A DNA stretch of 64,000 nt from a virus. Positions 35,906 to 44,805 of the stretch are shown here, piece after piece (the first letter of the stretch is position 1; each line of letters opens with the position of its first letter). A model generated the notes under the pieces. That model saw nothing but the letters and a program-made list of their open reading frames with translations, was not told the origin of the DNA and made no database searches. The stretch lies in the IMG/VR virus record IMGVR_UViG_640753038_000002; one strand, 5' to 3'. The translations under genes and the position numbers were made by a program.

Positions 35906-36308
35906 TCGTAAAGAAGCCTTCCTTAGATCATGGTTTGACGTGCCAGAAGGTGTCCATTGGGCGCACGGTATGTCGAACGAGATAGAACAGAATGTTAGCG
36001 CTTGCTTTGATCGAGCTATCGACGCTTGGAACGCGCGCCCCTCTACGGACGTCAGGCTTGTAGTGGTTGGCGAAGTCTCGACCGTTAGGGAAAGCGTCGC
36101 GGTATTCGCCGGTCATATCCTGAGCCGTCAAATTAAACCGGGCGATTTGCTCTGCCTGCATTTGCAGGCTGAGAAGCTATTAGCAGCTGAGCGCGCGGAG
36201 AAGGAAAAGATTGAAGCCGCTTGGTTGGAAGCGGAAGGCATTATCTCCGACCTTAAAGCCGAACTTGCGACTTGCTTGGCGAAATTAAGGGGCAAAAATG
36301 AGCAATAG
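35895..36308 (+). CDS. Hypothetical protein (ead/Ea22-like coiled coil)
   Basis: QAEKLLAAERAEKE coiled-coil segment. Confidence 0.55.
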   Translation: MANDRKEAFLRSWFDVPEGVHWAHGMSNEIEQNVSACFDRAIDAWNARPSTDVRLVVVGEVSTVRESVAVFAGHILSRQIKPGDLLCLHLQAEKLLAAERAEKEKIEAAWLEAEGIISDLKAELATCLAKLRGKNEQ

Positions 36309-36792
36309 CGGACAGTCACTTCCAACGCTTTTTGTCGATATGGACGGCGTTCTTGCCGACTTCGATCAAGGGTACGCCGACCGCTTCGGAATTCGGCCAA
36401 GCAAGACTGACGATAACGTCGATTGGGGCTTAGTAAGGGGTACGGAGGGCTTCTACGCTGGATTGCCGCCTATGCCTGATTTTGACCAGCTATGGCGGGG
36501 CGTAGCCCCATACAATCCGATCATCCTGACCGGCGTTCCGCGTTCGGTGCGAGAAGCCGCCGACAATAAGCGCGCTTGGGTTGATCGCTGGATCGGCAAA
36601 GATCAGCCGATGATCGCTTGTCAGTCGAAAGACAAGAGCCTGCATATCAGGAAGCCCGGCGATATTCTGATCGATGATTGGGAAAAGTACCGCTCGGTTT
36701 GGATTGGTCGAGGCGGTAGATGGATAACGCACACTTCCGCCGAAGCTTCGCTTGCCGGTTTGGCCGCGCTCCTTGCCGGAGGATCGCAATGA
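36298..36792 (+). CDS. HAD-family 5'(3')-deoxyribonucleotidase-like protein
   Basis: FVDMDGVLADF (DxD), ILTG, K..W, LIDD, W...GG..I.H. Confidence 0.85.
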   Translation: MSNSGQSLPTLFVDMDGVLADFDQGYADRFGIRPSKTDDNVDWGLVRGTEGFYAGLPPMPDFDQLWRGVAPYNPIILTGVPRSVREAADNKRAWVDRWIGKDQPMIACQSKDKSLHIRKPGDILIDDWEKYRSVWIGRGGRWITHTSAEASLAGLAALLAGGSQ

Positions 36793-37049
36793 ATACCAAA
36801 GAGATTTTCGACCGCGACAAAATCGTCTTAGACGGTCTGGAAGATATCGCACGCCGGTACGTTACCGACGAAGCCGTCAACGCCGCAAACAATGCGGCGG
36901 AAGCCTATTCGCGGCGGCATATGCTTGGCCTTGTGCAAACCGGCAAGGGTGATCCCGATACGCTTCGCCATGAACGAATGCGGTATGCCGTCGCCGCCGG
37001 AATGCTCCTTTGCGCTACCGGACTAAATGGAGGCAATGGCGATGGTTGA
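36789..37049 (+). CDS. Hypothetical protein
   Basis: ATGA-coupled 86-aa ORF. Confidence 0.55.
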   Translation: MNTKEIFDRDKIVLDGLEDIARRYVTDEAVNAANNAAEAYSRRHMLGLVQTGKGDPDTLRHERMRYAVAAGMLLCATGLNGGNGDG

Positions 37050-37245
37050 TTACATCGATTTTAACGTCCGTTCGCGCGTTCTTGCCCTTGCCGCGAGCAG
37101 ACTTCTTGAAACGCTTCGCTCGTTTAGAATTCGTGCGAAGTATCAGGGCATGACCCATGAGCAGCTAAAAGCGGAAGTTTCTGCGCTCGGTATCCGTATC
37201 GAAAAGGCTCGCGCGGCGTCGCGCGTTGAAGGGGGAAAATTATGA
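37027..37245 (+). CDS. Hypothetical protein
   Basis: GGAGG RBS, 72 aa. Confidence 0.55.
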   Translation: MEAMAMVDYIDFNVRSRVLALAASRLLETLRSFRIRAKYQGMTHEQLKAEVSALGIRIEKARAASRVEGGKL

Positions 37246-37481
37246 CCCCTTGGACATGGCACGCCGGTAGCCTTGGCGAAGACGTTTACGATTTGGCCGA
37301 AGAGCCGACACGCGAACGCGTCATTGAAGAAGCGAGCAGATATCTTGCTGCCGGTGACAAATTCCAAATCATTGAAGCCCGATCCAGCACGGACGTAAAA
37401 TATGAGGGCGCGGATTTCGTTCCGTTTCTTCGAACCCGAAACCACGAAATTATAACGGTCGAAGCCGTTAACGAGGACTAG
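37242..37481 (+). CDS. Hypothetical protein
   Basis: ATGA-coupled 79-aa ORF. Confidence 0.6.
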   Translation: MTPWTWHAGSLGEDVYDLAEEPTRERVIEEASRYLAAGDKFQIIEARSSTDVKYEGADFVPFLRTRNHEIITVEAVNED

Positions 37482-37492
37482 AGGAATTCAAG

Positions 37493-37951
37493 ATGACAAT
37501 CCTTTCGGCTCAATCTATCCGCACGCGCGGGATCTTCAAACCCTTCCATGAGCGAACCCTAAGCAACGGCATGACCTTCGGTCTTGGCCCGGCAGGCTAC
37601 GACGTTCGGATCGCGGAAACTCTAACTCTTGAACCGGCGCGCCGCGCCGTTCTAGCAAGCACCATGGAACACTTTACCATGCCGGTCGATTGCGCGGCAT
37701 ACGTCAAAGACAAATCGACATGGGCGCGGCGGTTCGTTCTTGTCCAGAATACGGTTATAGAACCGGGTTGGCGCGGCTTTCTTACGCTCGAAATCTCTTA
37801 CGAAGGACAAGAGCCGATCACGATTGAGCAAGGTTCGCCGATTGCGCAAATCATCTTTCACAAGCTGGATGAACCTACCGAAAGCCCTTATGCCGGTAAG
37901 TATCAAGACCAGTCGGAAGGCGCGCAACCGGCACGCTTAGAAGGCCAATAA
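37493..37951 (+). CDS. dcd: dCTP deaminase
   Basis: GLGPAGYDVRI...STMEHF..P......KSTWAR...VIEPGWRGFLTLEI...IAQIIF...Y.GKYQ.Q. Confidence 0.9.
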   Translation: MTILSAQSIRTRGIFKPFHERTLSNGMTFGLGPAGYDVRIAETLTLEPARRAVLASTMEHFTMPVDCAAYVKDKSTWARRFVLVQNTVIEPGWRGFLTLEISYEGQEPITIEQGSPIAQIIFHKLDEPTESPYAGKYQDQSEGAQPARLEGQ

Positions 37952-37997
37952 TCGCCTGTGGAATTCGGTAACAATGCGAGCGGCAAAGGTCACGGGA

Positions 37998-38031
37998 TTG
38001 ACCTTTGCCGTTTTTTGTTCTCATGATGTTC
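37998..38031 (+). promoter_or_regulatory. Promoter (TTGACC -35, CATGAT -10) overlapped by an alphaproteobacterial LexA box GTTC-N7-GTTC
   Basis: GTTC TCATGAT GTTC at 38017-38031, 2 bp before ATG 38034. Confidence 0.75.
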
Positions 38032-38033
38032 TC

Positions 38034-38330
38034 ATGGAGATTGAGACTTTAGGCGATGCTTGGATTAATCGCGTGCGGCTAAAAATGCGCTGCGCGTGGG
38101 GTAAACACGACGGTATGAAGAGCATTCGCGAATGCAATTTCAGCGCAGATTTGGACGTGTTAACGCTGGTATGTACGCGTGGCCGCGCAATGCCGCTTAC
38201 GTTCTTGCAAGAGCGGATGCGCTGCCCCTTATGTGGTTCGACGCGCGTTCGCCTGAGCTTCGACTTTCCGAGCAATACGGGCCACGGACAATTTACTGTT
38301 ATGGTTCCGAAGGCCGCGAGCGGCGCTTAA
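38034..38330 (+). CDS. Small Zn-ribbon protein, probably SOS-regulated
   Basis: RC...REC and RCPLCGS Cys pairs; LexA box upstream. Confidence 0.7.
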   Translation: MEIETLGDAWINRVRLKMRCAWGKHDGMKSIRECNFSADLDVLTLVCTRGRAMPLTFLQERMRCPLCGSTRVRLSFDFPSNTGHGQFTVMVPKAASGA

Positions 38331-38336
38331 ACAAAT

Positions 38337-38582
38337 CTATTGCAGGCTTTTTCGTATAGTAAGGCAAGAAGCTTTTGCAGCCTTGATAAATGAGGATCGG
38401 GCCGTGTTCGGCAAGCCTTCCAAATCGGCGAGGCAGGCTTGAAGCGCGCCTTGGTATTCTTGGCCGCGACTATTTTCGGGCCACTCATAAAGTAGGCTTT
38501 CCGCCGCCCGCTCGGTCGTAGTGACGATAAGATACTTTCCAGTCCCGTATAGCTGGACGTCAACGGGTTTTCCCCACGCCAT
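38337..38582 (-). CDS. DUF982-like protein
   Basis: W.KPV.V..G......V.T.E.AAE.LL..WP......Y..A..AC.......AR..FI.AA. Confidence 0.75.
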   Translation of the reverse strand: MAWGKPVDVQLYGTGKYLIVTTTERAAESLLYEWPENSRGQEYQGALQACLADLEGLPNTARSSFIKAAKASCLTIRKSLQ

Positions 38583-38645
38583 CGAACTATCCTCCAAACG
38601 CAAAAGCCCTGCCGAATTCAAGCGGCAGGGCTGACTAACGGGTAA

Positions 38646-38660
38646 GAACGGGGTTTGTTC
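38646..38660. promoter_or_regulatory. Possible variant LexA box GAAC-N7-GTTC
   Basis: GAAC GGGGTTT GTTC about 65 bp upstream of the DUF982-like gene; not the canonical direct-repeat form. Confidence 0.35.
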
Positions 38661-38876
38661 CTATTCGTCCGGGTCTTTGCCCTGCAAGCCGACAAAAAGG
38701 CCGCGTGAGACTTCATTTATAGCCCGTGCGGCTTCAACCGCACCCCAACCGGCATTTTCGGCGGTTTCGATCAGGTCAATAATTCCGCTCGCAACGGCTT
38801 CCTGACAATCGATATTTCGGTCGGGATAATTCCCGTCTGCTTTGGGCTTGATCGCGGATTTAGATTGAACTGCCAT
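38661..38876 (-). CDS. Hypothetical protein
   Basis: 71 aa, GGAG RBS; YPDR.IDCQEA...AGW pattern. Confidence 0.6.
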   Translation of the reverse strand: MAVQSKSAIKPKADGNYPDRNIDCQEAVASGIIDLIETAENAGWGAVEAARAINEVSRGLFVGLQGKDPDE

Positions 38877-38919
38877 GGCCTATCTCCCGTTTTATACAGG
38901 AAGTAGGGCGGCGCAAATT

Positions 38920-39597
38920 TCAGACCAGTGTACCGATTTCGGCGATAGGCTGCATCGTGTCGTCGCCTTGATATCGGCTCGAATTCACGTTCGTAGAGAC
39001 ACGCCAAGCCTGCAAGTCGTCACCGGGCGCTGGCTTCAAAAGATCGATGCGCGGTTCAGCCAGCCATTCGCGCCAATTTTTTTCTTGCAGGATAACCGGC
39101 ATACGGGTGTGAATTCCCCGCATGAAGGAATTCGCATCGCAGGTTATAATTGCGCAACTTGTGATTTCGTCGCCCGTCTCGCGATCCCGCCAGCGGTCAT
39201 AAATTCCGGCAAACGTTAGCGGGCGACCGTCCTTTGCGGATATGAACCAAGGCAATTTGTCGCCTTTCTGGCCGGTCCATTCGAAGAAGCCCGTTGCCGG
39301 AATTAGGCACCTTTGACGCTGTAGCGGTACTTTAAACATGCCGCTTGTGGCGACACCTTCCGCGCGGGCGTTGTGACCAAAGGGCGCTTTCTTGATGCTG
39401 TCCTTGAACCACGACGGCACCAATGACCAGCGCATTTCTGAATAGGTAAGATCGTTGCCCGCTTGCGTGACAACGCCGATTTGCGTTGTCGGCGCGATGT
39501 TATAGCGGGGCTGCAAGTTTCGAGGCGTTGCCGGAACTAGGTTATACATCGCGTGGATTTCGGCCCAAGTGTACGTTTGCGTAAATCGTCCGCACAT
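38920..39597 (-). CDS. SOS response-associated peptidase (SRAP/YedK/HMCES family, abasic-site protection)
   Basis: MCGRF N-terminus (Cys2), PRYNIAPT, NARAE, RCLIPATGFFEW, IHTRMPVIL. Confidence 0.95.
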   Translation of the reverse strand: MCGRFTQTYTWAEIHAMYNLVPATPRNLQPRYNIAPTTQIGVVTQAGNDLTYSEMRWSLVPSWFKDSIKKAPFGHNARAEGVATSGMFKVPLQRQRCLIPATGFFEWTGQKGDKLPWFISAKDGRPLTFAGIYDRWRDRETGDEITSCAIITCDANSFMRGIHTRMPVILQEKNWREWLAEPRIDLLKPAPGDDLQAWRVSTNVNSSRYQGDDTMQPIAEIGTLV

Positions 39598-39603
39598 CGC
39601 CTT

Positions 39604-39837
39604 TTAATCCCCGTTTGGCTTCAACTGTTCCTCTATAACGTTGCGGGCTAATTCGTACAACGGGCCGCAATCAGGCTCATCGGCCTGACTAGTTTCGAGC
39701 ATCAAAAGGGCTTGCTCGTACATTTCCCGTTCGTCCTGATCGCTTAGTACGCCTTTGCGTTTGAGCAATGATACAAGCGCTGCAAAACTGGCAGTGGATG
39801 AAAGAAGCGTCGCGGCAAGTCCATCCAGCCTATCCAT
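39604..39837 (-). CDS. Hypothetical protein
   Basis: 77 aa in a tightly packed operon. Confidence 0.55.
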   Translation of the reverse strand: MDRLDGLAATLLSSTASFAALVSLLKRKGVLSDQDEREMYEQALLMLETSQADEPDCGPLYELARNVIEEQLKPNGD

Positions 39838-39838
39838 A

Positions 39839-40066
39839 TCAGTCGCCCTTTAAACCAAGTTTCCCGGCGATTGTCTTAAAGTGCGCGCGGGTCAACACTT
39901 CTGCCGTATCCCTGTCAACGTGCAAGGCGATGGGCTTTTCCCGGTCTTCGTCGTCAAGATCATAGACCGAAAACGTACCGGCGTATTCCTTTTCCACTGC
40001 ATACGGCGCTTCGACGCCATTATGCTCCATGCACCAATCACCGTTGCGGCGCTGCCGGATTTTCAT
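39839..40066 (-). CDS. Hypothetical protein
   Basis: 75 aa, GAGG RBS, ATGA-coupled. Confidence 0.55.
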   Translation of the reverse strand: MKIRQRRNGDWCMEHNGVEAPYAVEKEYAGTFSVYDLDDEDREKPIALHVDRDTAEVLTRAHFKTIAGKLGLKGD

Positions 40067-40260
40067 GCATCCTCTCTCTGGCGCTCAACCGCCGATATTT
40101 CTTTCCACGATACCACAAAATCAGAATAACCATGTGCGCGGACTGTAGGGCTACCATCAGGCCAAAATCCGTTGACTACTCGCGTCAACTTCGGATCGCC
40201 GCCACGCGTCACGGCCTTAAAGGTAATGCGGTCGCCAATTTCGAGTTTTCTAGGTCTCAT
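40063..40260 (-). CDS. Small SH3-like hypothetical protein
   Basis: LEIGDRITFKAVTR pattern; GGA RBS. Confidence 0.55.
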   Translation of the reverse strand: MRPRKLEIGDRITFKAVTRGGDPKLTRVVNGFWPDGSPTVRAHGYSDFVVSWKEISAVERQREDA

Positions 40261-40272
40261 TCGATTTTCCTC

Positions 40273-40578
40273 CTATGCGGCCCGGTTCGGAAGCTTCTTT
40301 GCCTTGCGGAGCGCTTCGTTGACCCGGCCTTGCCAGCCGGGGCCGTCTGCCTTGAAGGCTTCTACGACGTCCGGGTCGAGCCGAAGCGTGACCGTTTCTT
40401 TCGGAGCTTTCTTGCCGGGGCCACGTGTGCGCCGAACCGCCTCTGCGAACGTCATGCGCTGCGTGGCCTGTTCGTCCGTCAATTCCGGCGCGTCGGGATC
40501 AGCGGCGATTTCCCGCTGAATTTCCGCTTCCTCCGCATCTGTCAGCGGTCGGATCGCCTTTCGCTTATTGTTCGTCAT
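40273..40578 (-). CDS. brnA: BrnA antitoxin
   Basis: DPDAPELTDE...RGP.K.PKETVTLRLDPDVVEAFKADGPGWQGRVNEALR. Confidence 0.93.
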   Translation of the reverse strand: MTNNKRKAIRPLTDAEEAEIQREIAADPDAPELTDEQATQRMTFAEAVRRTRGPGKKAPKETVTLRLDPDVVEAFKADGPGWQGRVNEALRKAKKLPNRAA

Positions 40579-40825
40579 ATAACTTCCTTTCCTTCCGGCT
40601 GGCGCGGCGCATCGAAATTACCGAAAGCGCCTCAGTTCCAAGTAGGACGAAAATCGTCGCTATAATTGTCTCGCCCCGGAACTCTCCGACCGCCATCAAG
40701 CGGCCTTGCTTCGCGGGGTAAATCGCCGCGTTGTCAAAAAATTCTGTGGTCAGGTCGGCAAAGTCAAACCCCTTGTGTTTTTCAAGGTTCGTAAGCCGCT
40801 TCGTTTCGTCCCAAATGATCTTCAT
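40565..40825 (-). CDS. brnT: BrnT ribonuclease toxin
   Basis: IIWDETKRLTNLEKH.GFDFAD...SVISMRRASRKERKLY. Confidence 0.93.
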   Translation of the reverse strand: MKIIWDETKRLTNLEKHKGFDFADLTTEFFDNAAIYPAKQGRLMAVGEFRGETIIATIFVLLGTEALSVISMRRASRKERKLYDEQ

Positions 40826-40869
40826 GTCGAGAAATTGCAATGTAGCTCGAAATATGTCCACAGGCAAAA

Positions 40870-40879
40870 TGTAAATACA
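40870..40879. promoter_or_regulatory. TGTA-AA-TACA inverted repeat, putative BrnA operator
   Basis: Palindrome in the AT-rich stretch upstream of brnT. Confidence 0.4.
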
Positions 40880-40895
40880 AAATAATAATTCAGGC

Positions 40896-40924
40896 GAAAG
40901 AAAAGCCCCGGAAAACCGGGGCTT
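40896..40924 (-). terminator. Intrinsic terminator ending the replication operon
   Basis: AGCCCCGG/CCGGGGCT stem plus TTTTCTTT on the minus strand. Confidence 0.8.
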
Positions 40925-40927
40925 CTG

Positions 40928-41446
40928 TCAGTCTAAGGGTATGCCGTCCGAGTTCAATCCTTGGGCGATCAGGGATAGCGCTTTATCCCTTGCGCGGTAG
41001 GCCGTCGCTCGCGGCCAGCCGAGGCGCTTGCAGGCTTGGCCGAAAGGCTTCCGGTATGCTTTGCAGCGGAGATAGACGGAAAGGACGTTTCGCGGCCCGT
41101 CATGCTCCTTGAGATAGTGCATAGGCCATTGAATGGCGGCTTCCATCTGCGAAATCTTCCGAGCCGGAATATAGGGCATTTTCTTTTCCGGTTCGCCTGT
41201 TTGAACGTGCCCGATGATATTGCCGAATTCGTCTTTGATTTCGTCGTACCAGTCGAGAAATTCGCGTTGGAACTTCGGCCACGCATTGCCGTCTTCTCGC
41301 GGTCCTGTCGGTCCCGCTGTTCTTTGTGCGAGCTTCGCCGCTTCGACAAGACGTTCGTCAACGATCTTTGGAAGCCATAGGCCGTCAAAGTTATGGAAGG
41401 CTTGTTTCCTGTCACGGGCACCGAAAAATTCGTCACGTTCGGTCAT
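40928..41446 (-). CDS. Putative late-gene regulator/antiterminator (DUF6362-like, C-terminal HTH)
   Basis: W.P..V..RL.EA...; C-terminal ACKRLGWPRATAYRARDKAL..IA..LN; lambda-Q-like position after the replication genes. Confidence 0.55.
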   Translation of the reverse strand: MTERDEFFGARDRKQAFHNFDGLWLPKIVDERLVEAAKLAQRTAGPTGPREDGNAWPKFQREFLDWYDEIKDEFGNIIGHVQTGEPEKKMPYIPARKISQMEAAIQWPMHYLKEHDGPRNVLSVYLRCKAYRKPFGQACKRLGWPRATAYRARDKALSLIAQGLNSDGIPLD

Positions 41447-41474
41447 TGCCGGTTCCTTTGATAGAAAATTCTTG

Positions 41475-43745
41475 TCATCCGCCGACTAACGCCGTCACGT
41501 CGTCATCTGCGATTTCGTTGTTTGTTGCGGGATCAGGCAGGGGTGAAACGTAGGTCGGTTCGGAGGCATTAACGCCGCGAATACGGAAGCCTTGCACTTC
41601 TTTGCCGGTGAACCAAAGCCACGGCTTTTTGCTGCCGACGATCTTCCATTTGAGCATTTGCTTTGTCGCGCGTGACCAGCGTTGGCGAAGGCGTGTTTCG
41701 ATCTGTTCGTCGTCGCCGTCTTCGGTCGCTGCAAGTTGTTCCTTGTAAAGCGTTCGGACGTCTTCAACGCTCGCCACAAGAACAACATCTTTCGGTACGG
41801 CCAAATCAGGCGGGGGCATAACGCCTTTCTTGTCGATTGTTTCGGCCAAGGCGGACAGGAATTCGCGTTCGTGGTCGCGAACTTTGAAGCCCTTCGGCTT
41901 TTCCTTCTCGCCCGACGCGGCGTTCGTATGCTCCTGATTGATGACGATGCAGGAAGTTATAGGATCGCCGTCGTTGTCGTTGCCTACGGTCGTTTGGCGA
42001 AGCCGGAAGCGATGCGTCCCGCCTGCTGGACCTGCCTTGAGCTTCCGAACGGCCCAAGTGTTCGGCGTGTCCGGCGTTGCTGCCGCTACTTCGATTTCGA
42101 AGTCGGCAGCGCCGTGCAAGGCTTCGTGCCCGCGTGGTCCGCGTCCGGCTTCCTTGCCGCCGTGGTGAACGCCTGCGACCGCCGCGCCGGTCAGTTCCTT
42201 GAGCTTGTCGCAGTTAATGACGAAAGCGCCCATGACGGCGCTATCGTTTTCATTGCCACCTGCAAGCGCACGGGCGACGGTATCAATGACGATCATTTCG
42301 ACTTTGACACCGCAGCGCTCTTGCATTTCCGCCGAAAGGCCGTGGATTTCTTCGGCGAGCTTCTTCATATCCGCATCATTCGAACGCATGTCGATTGACG
42401 TAGGCAGGAAGACGAACGGCAGAACAGCATCTTCGGGTATCTGGTGTTCTTGCCGCCAAGCGTGAAGGCGAATTTCAAAATCCTCGCGACCTTCCGCGAC
42501 CACATAGACGACACCGAAAGGACGCCCCTTGTAGCTGAACCATTCGGGCCTTTTGGTTGCGTCAATCGCCGCCGCTGAACACGTCAACATGAGATCGGAA
42601 GTAAGGAAGGACTTACCGCAACCGGGCGGGCCGTAAATGATGCCGAAGGACTTGGCGAGGATCAGATTTTTAATCAGCCAATCACGAGTAGGCTTTTGGT
42701 TTCCGATCTGGTGAAACCACACCGCGCCAAATTTCGACTGATAGGCCGGAAGCTCCGGCGCTTTGGCGGCGTTTGCAAGATCATAAAGAGTTTCGGCGTT
42801 CCCGCCCGCTTCGATCCAGTCAAAGGCGTCACCCTTAAGCGGCAAGTCTGGCAAAGACAGGAGGCGGACCCGCTTCGCGGCTCCTTTGATCTTCCTCGCA
42901 ACTAACAGCGCATGATCTAGCCCGGCAAACTTCGGCCTCCCGTCTTCGTGGAAAAGCTTTTCGCCGGTCTGCTTATTGACGGTCTGGGGATCGTTATCCG
43001 GCAGGATTACGACGTCAGCATCTTTGAAGTACGGCGTTAGCTCTTCCCACCATTTACCGGCACCCATCGGATTACATGTCGCCGGAACGCCAAGTTCATC
43101 GATCAAGCGGTCGGCGGTCTTTTCGCCTTCGACAAAAAATACGGTATAGCCGTTCGAAATTGCTTCGATCAGTTCCGGCAGGCGGTAAGGAACAACACGA
43201 GTATCCTTGAGGCTGTAGACCCATCCGTCGCGCGTTTGCTCACCGTCAACCGGCTTGCGGCGCTGGCTATATGTCTTGGCTGGTTTGTCGTCGTCGCCCA
43301 TCCGCCATCCACCGTCCGGCAGACGGAACTGATAGCGCATCGTTTGGAATAGGACGGCCCCATTTTCATCTACATAGTCCCACGCCTTAACGAGTTCTTT
43401 TTTTGCGCCGTCAATCGGGGTTTCGTCTTTCTTCTGTCCCGCTGGCCTTGCATTCCTGTTGCTGCCTGCCTGCGCCTGCGGCTGGCGGTCTTCGACGTCA
43501 AAGCCATTCTTGCGAAGCCACTCAATGGCGTCGCGGCCCTTACTGCCCGTTTCGCGTTCAATTAGAGCAAGGACGCCGCCGCCGGTCTGTTCGCCGTGGA
43601 CGAACCAAGTACCCTTTTGCGGATTGACCGTCCGACCGTCACCGAAGCGAACTTCGGTCTTTGTACCGCCAGCGCGAGGATTACCCCAAAGTATCCCCGC
43701 AACAGGAACGATAAAGCGACCTAGATCATCGTTCCCTTGAGCCAT
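41475..43745 (-). CDS. Primase-helicase (TOPRIM plus AAA_25/RepA-type helicase)
   Basis: FFVEGEK.AD...VILPDND TOPRIM; YGPPGCGKS, YVVAE, IVIDTVARA, VHHGGK...RGH.AL helicase motifs. Confidence 0.9.
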   Translation of the reverse strand: MAQGNDDLGRFIVPVAGILWGNPRAGGTKTEVRFGDGRTVNPQKGTWFVHGEQTGGGVLALIERETGSKGRDAIEWLRKNGFDVEDRQPQAQAGSNRNARPAGQKKDETPIDGAKKELVKAWDYVDENGAVLFQTMRYQFRLPDGGWRMGDDDKPAKTYSQRRKPVDGEQTRDGWVYSLKDTRVVPYRLPELIEAISNGYTVFFVEGEKTADRLIDELGVPATCNPMGAGKWWEELTPYFKDADVVILPDNDPQTVNKQTGEKLFHEDGRPKFAGLDHALLVARKIKGAAKRVRLLSLPDLPLKGDAFDWIEAGGNAETLYDLANAAKAPELPAYQSKFGAVWFHQIGNQKPTRDWLIKNLILAKSFGIIYGPPGCGKSFLTSDLMLTCSAAAIDATKRPEWFSYKGRPFGVVYVVAEGREDFEIRLHAWRQEHQIPEDAVLPFVFLPTSIDMRSNDADMKKLAEEIHGLSAEMQERCGVKVEMIVIDTVARALAGGNENDSAVMGAFVINCDKLKELTGAAVAGVHHGGKEAGRGPRGHEALHGAADFEIEVAAATPDTPNTWAVRKLKAGPAGGTHRFRLRQTTVGNDNDGDPITSCIVINQEHTNAASGEKEKPKGFKVRDHEREFLSALAETIDKKGVMPPPDLAVPKDVVLVASVEDVRTLYKEQLAATEDGDDEQIETRLRQRWSRATKQMLKWKIVGSKKPWLWFTGKEVQGFRIRGVNASEPTYVSPLPDPATNNEIADDDVTALVGG

Positions 43746-43746
43746 T

Positions 43747-44058
43747 TCAATTTTTCTTCCTGCTATTGGATTGCAGCAATTTGCGGATTTCTGGAAATAC
43801 CGGGATCAGCCGTTCCAGTAAGATCGCGCACGCCCATTTGACTTCGTTCGACCGGATTGCATCGGGGCTTATCGGGAACCCTTGGCGCTCATAGACGCGG
43901 AAATCAGCACGGCGGTTAACGACGTCATTCGTAAGAACTTCGACCATTTCGGAAACGGTAATGGGCTTCTTTTCTTCCGGTGGCGGCGCTTGGTCCGGCT
44001 CTCTTTCGGCTTCCTGATTGTTTGGTGCGTCGTTAATTTCGTTGGCTTCCGCGTCCAT
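43747..44058 (-). CDS. Hypothetical protein
   Basis: 103 aa between ssb and the primase-helicase. Confidence 0.6.
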   Translation of the reverse strand: MDAEANEINDAPNNQEAEREPDQAPPPEEKKPITVSEMVEVLTNDVVNRRADFRVYERQGFPISPDAIRSNEVKWACAILLERLIPVFPEIRKLLQSNSRKKN

Positions 44059-44071
44059 CGTTCGCTAGCCC

Positions 44072-44527
44072 CTAGAACGGAATTTCGTCGTCAAGATCGC
44101 GAACGCCAGCCGATTGCTGCTGGCGGCTTCCACCGCCGCCTGACGAACGGCCTTCGCCTTCGTCGTCGCTATCTCGACCGCCGCCGAGCATGACAAGCTC
44201 GCCGCGAAATTGCTTCATGACGATTTCGGTTGAATAGCGGTCGTTTCCGTTCTGGTCCTGCCATTTGCGCGTTTGCAACGCGCCTTCAATGTAGACCTTC
44301 GAACCCTTCTTCAAATACTGTTCGGCAACCTTGCCGATGTTCTCATTGAAGATTGCGACCGTGTGCCATTCGGTCTTTTCTTTACGTTCACCTGAATTCT
44401 TATCGCGCCAGCTTTCAGACGTGGCGATACGCAGATTGACGACCATATCGCCGGAGTTAAGACGGCGGACGTCCGGATCAGCGCCCAAATGCCCGACCAA
44501 GATTACCTTATTGACGCTACCTGCCAC
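44072..44527 (-). CDS. ssb: Single-stranded DNA-binding protein
   Basis: [18 protein letters not shown]...EKTEWHTV...DLDDEIPF. Confidence 0.97.
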   Translation of the reverse strand: MAGSVNKVILVGHLGADPDVRRLNSGDMVVNLRIATSESWRDKNSGERKEKTEWHTVAIFNENIGKVAEQYLKKGSKVYIEGALQTRKWQDQNGNDRYSTEIVMKQFRGELVMLGGGRDSDDEGEGRSSGGGGSRQQQSAGVRDLDDEIPF

Positions 44528-44538
44528 GGCAGTTCTCC

Positions 44539-44805
44539 TTATTGGCGCTTGCCGTGCAGCGCTTCGCTTACACGGCCCGGATTGACGTTGAAGTGGGAGG
44601 CAATTTCGACGTGGCTCGCGTCTGGATTGCCGGTCTTGTATTTTCGAATTTGGCGAGCGAGCGTGGGGGTCATAGGACTGCTCTTAACTGCCGAGCGGTT
44701 GGCGCTTGTCCGGCGGCACAATTCCTTCGCGAGTACAGCTAGTTCGGGATCGTCATATTTCTTCGATTTTTCGAGAAGACGCCTTCGGATTTCGGGGATG
44801 CGCAT
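44539..44805 (-). CDS. Small HTH protein
   Basis: [20 protein letters not shown]. Confidence 0.7.
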   Translation of the reverse strand: MRIPEIRRRLLEKSKKYDDPELAVLAKELCRRTSANRSAVKSSPMTPTLARQIRKYKTGNPDASHVEIASHFNVNPGRVSEALHGKRQ

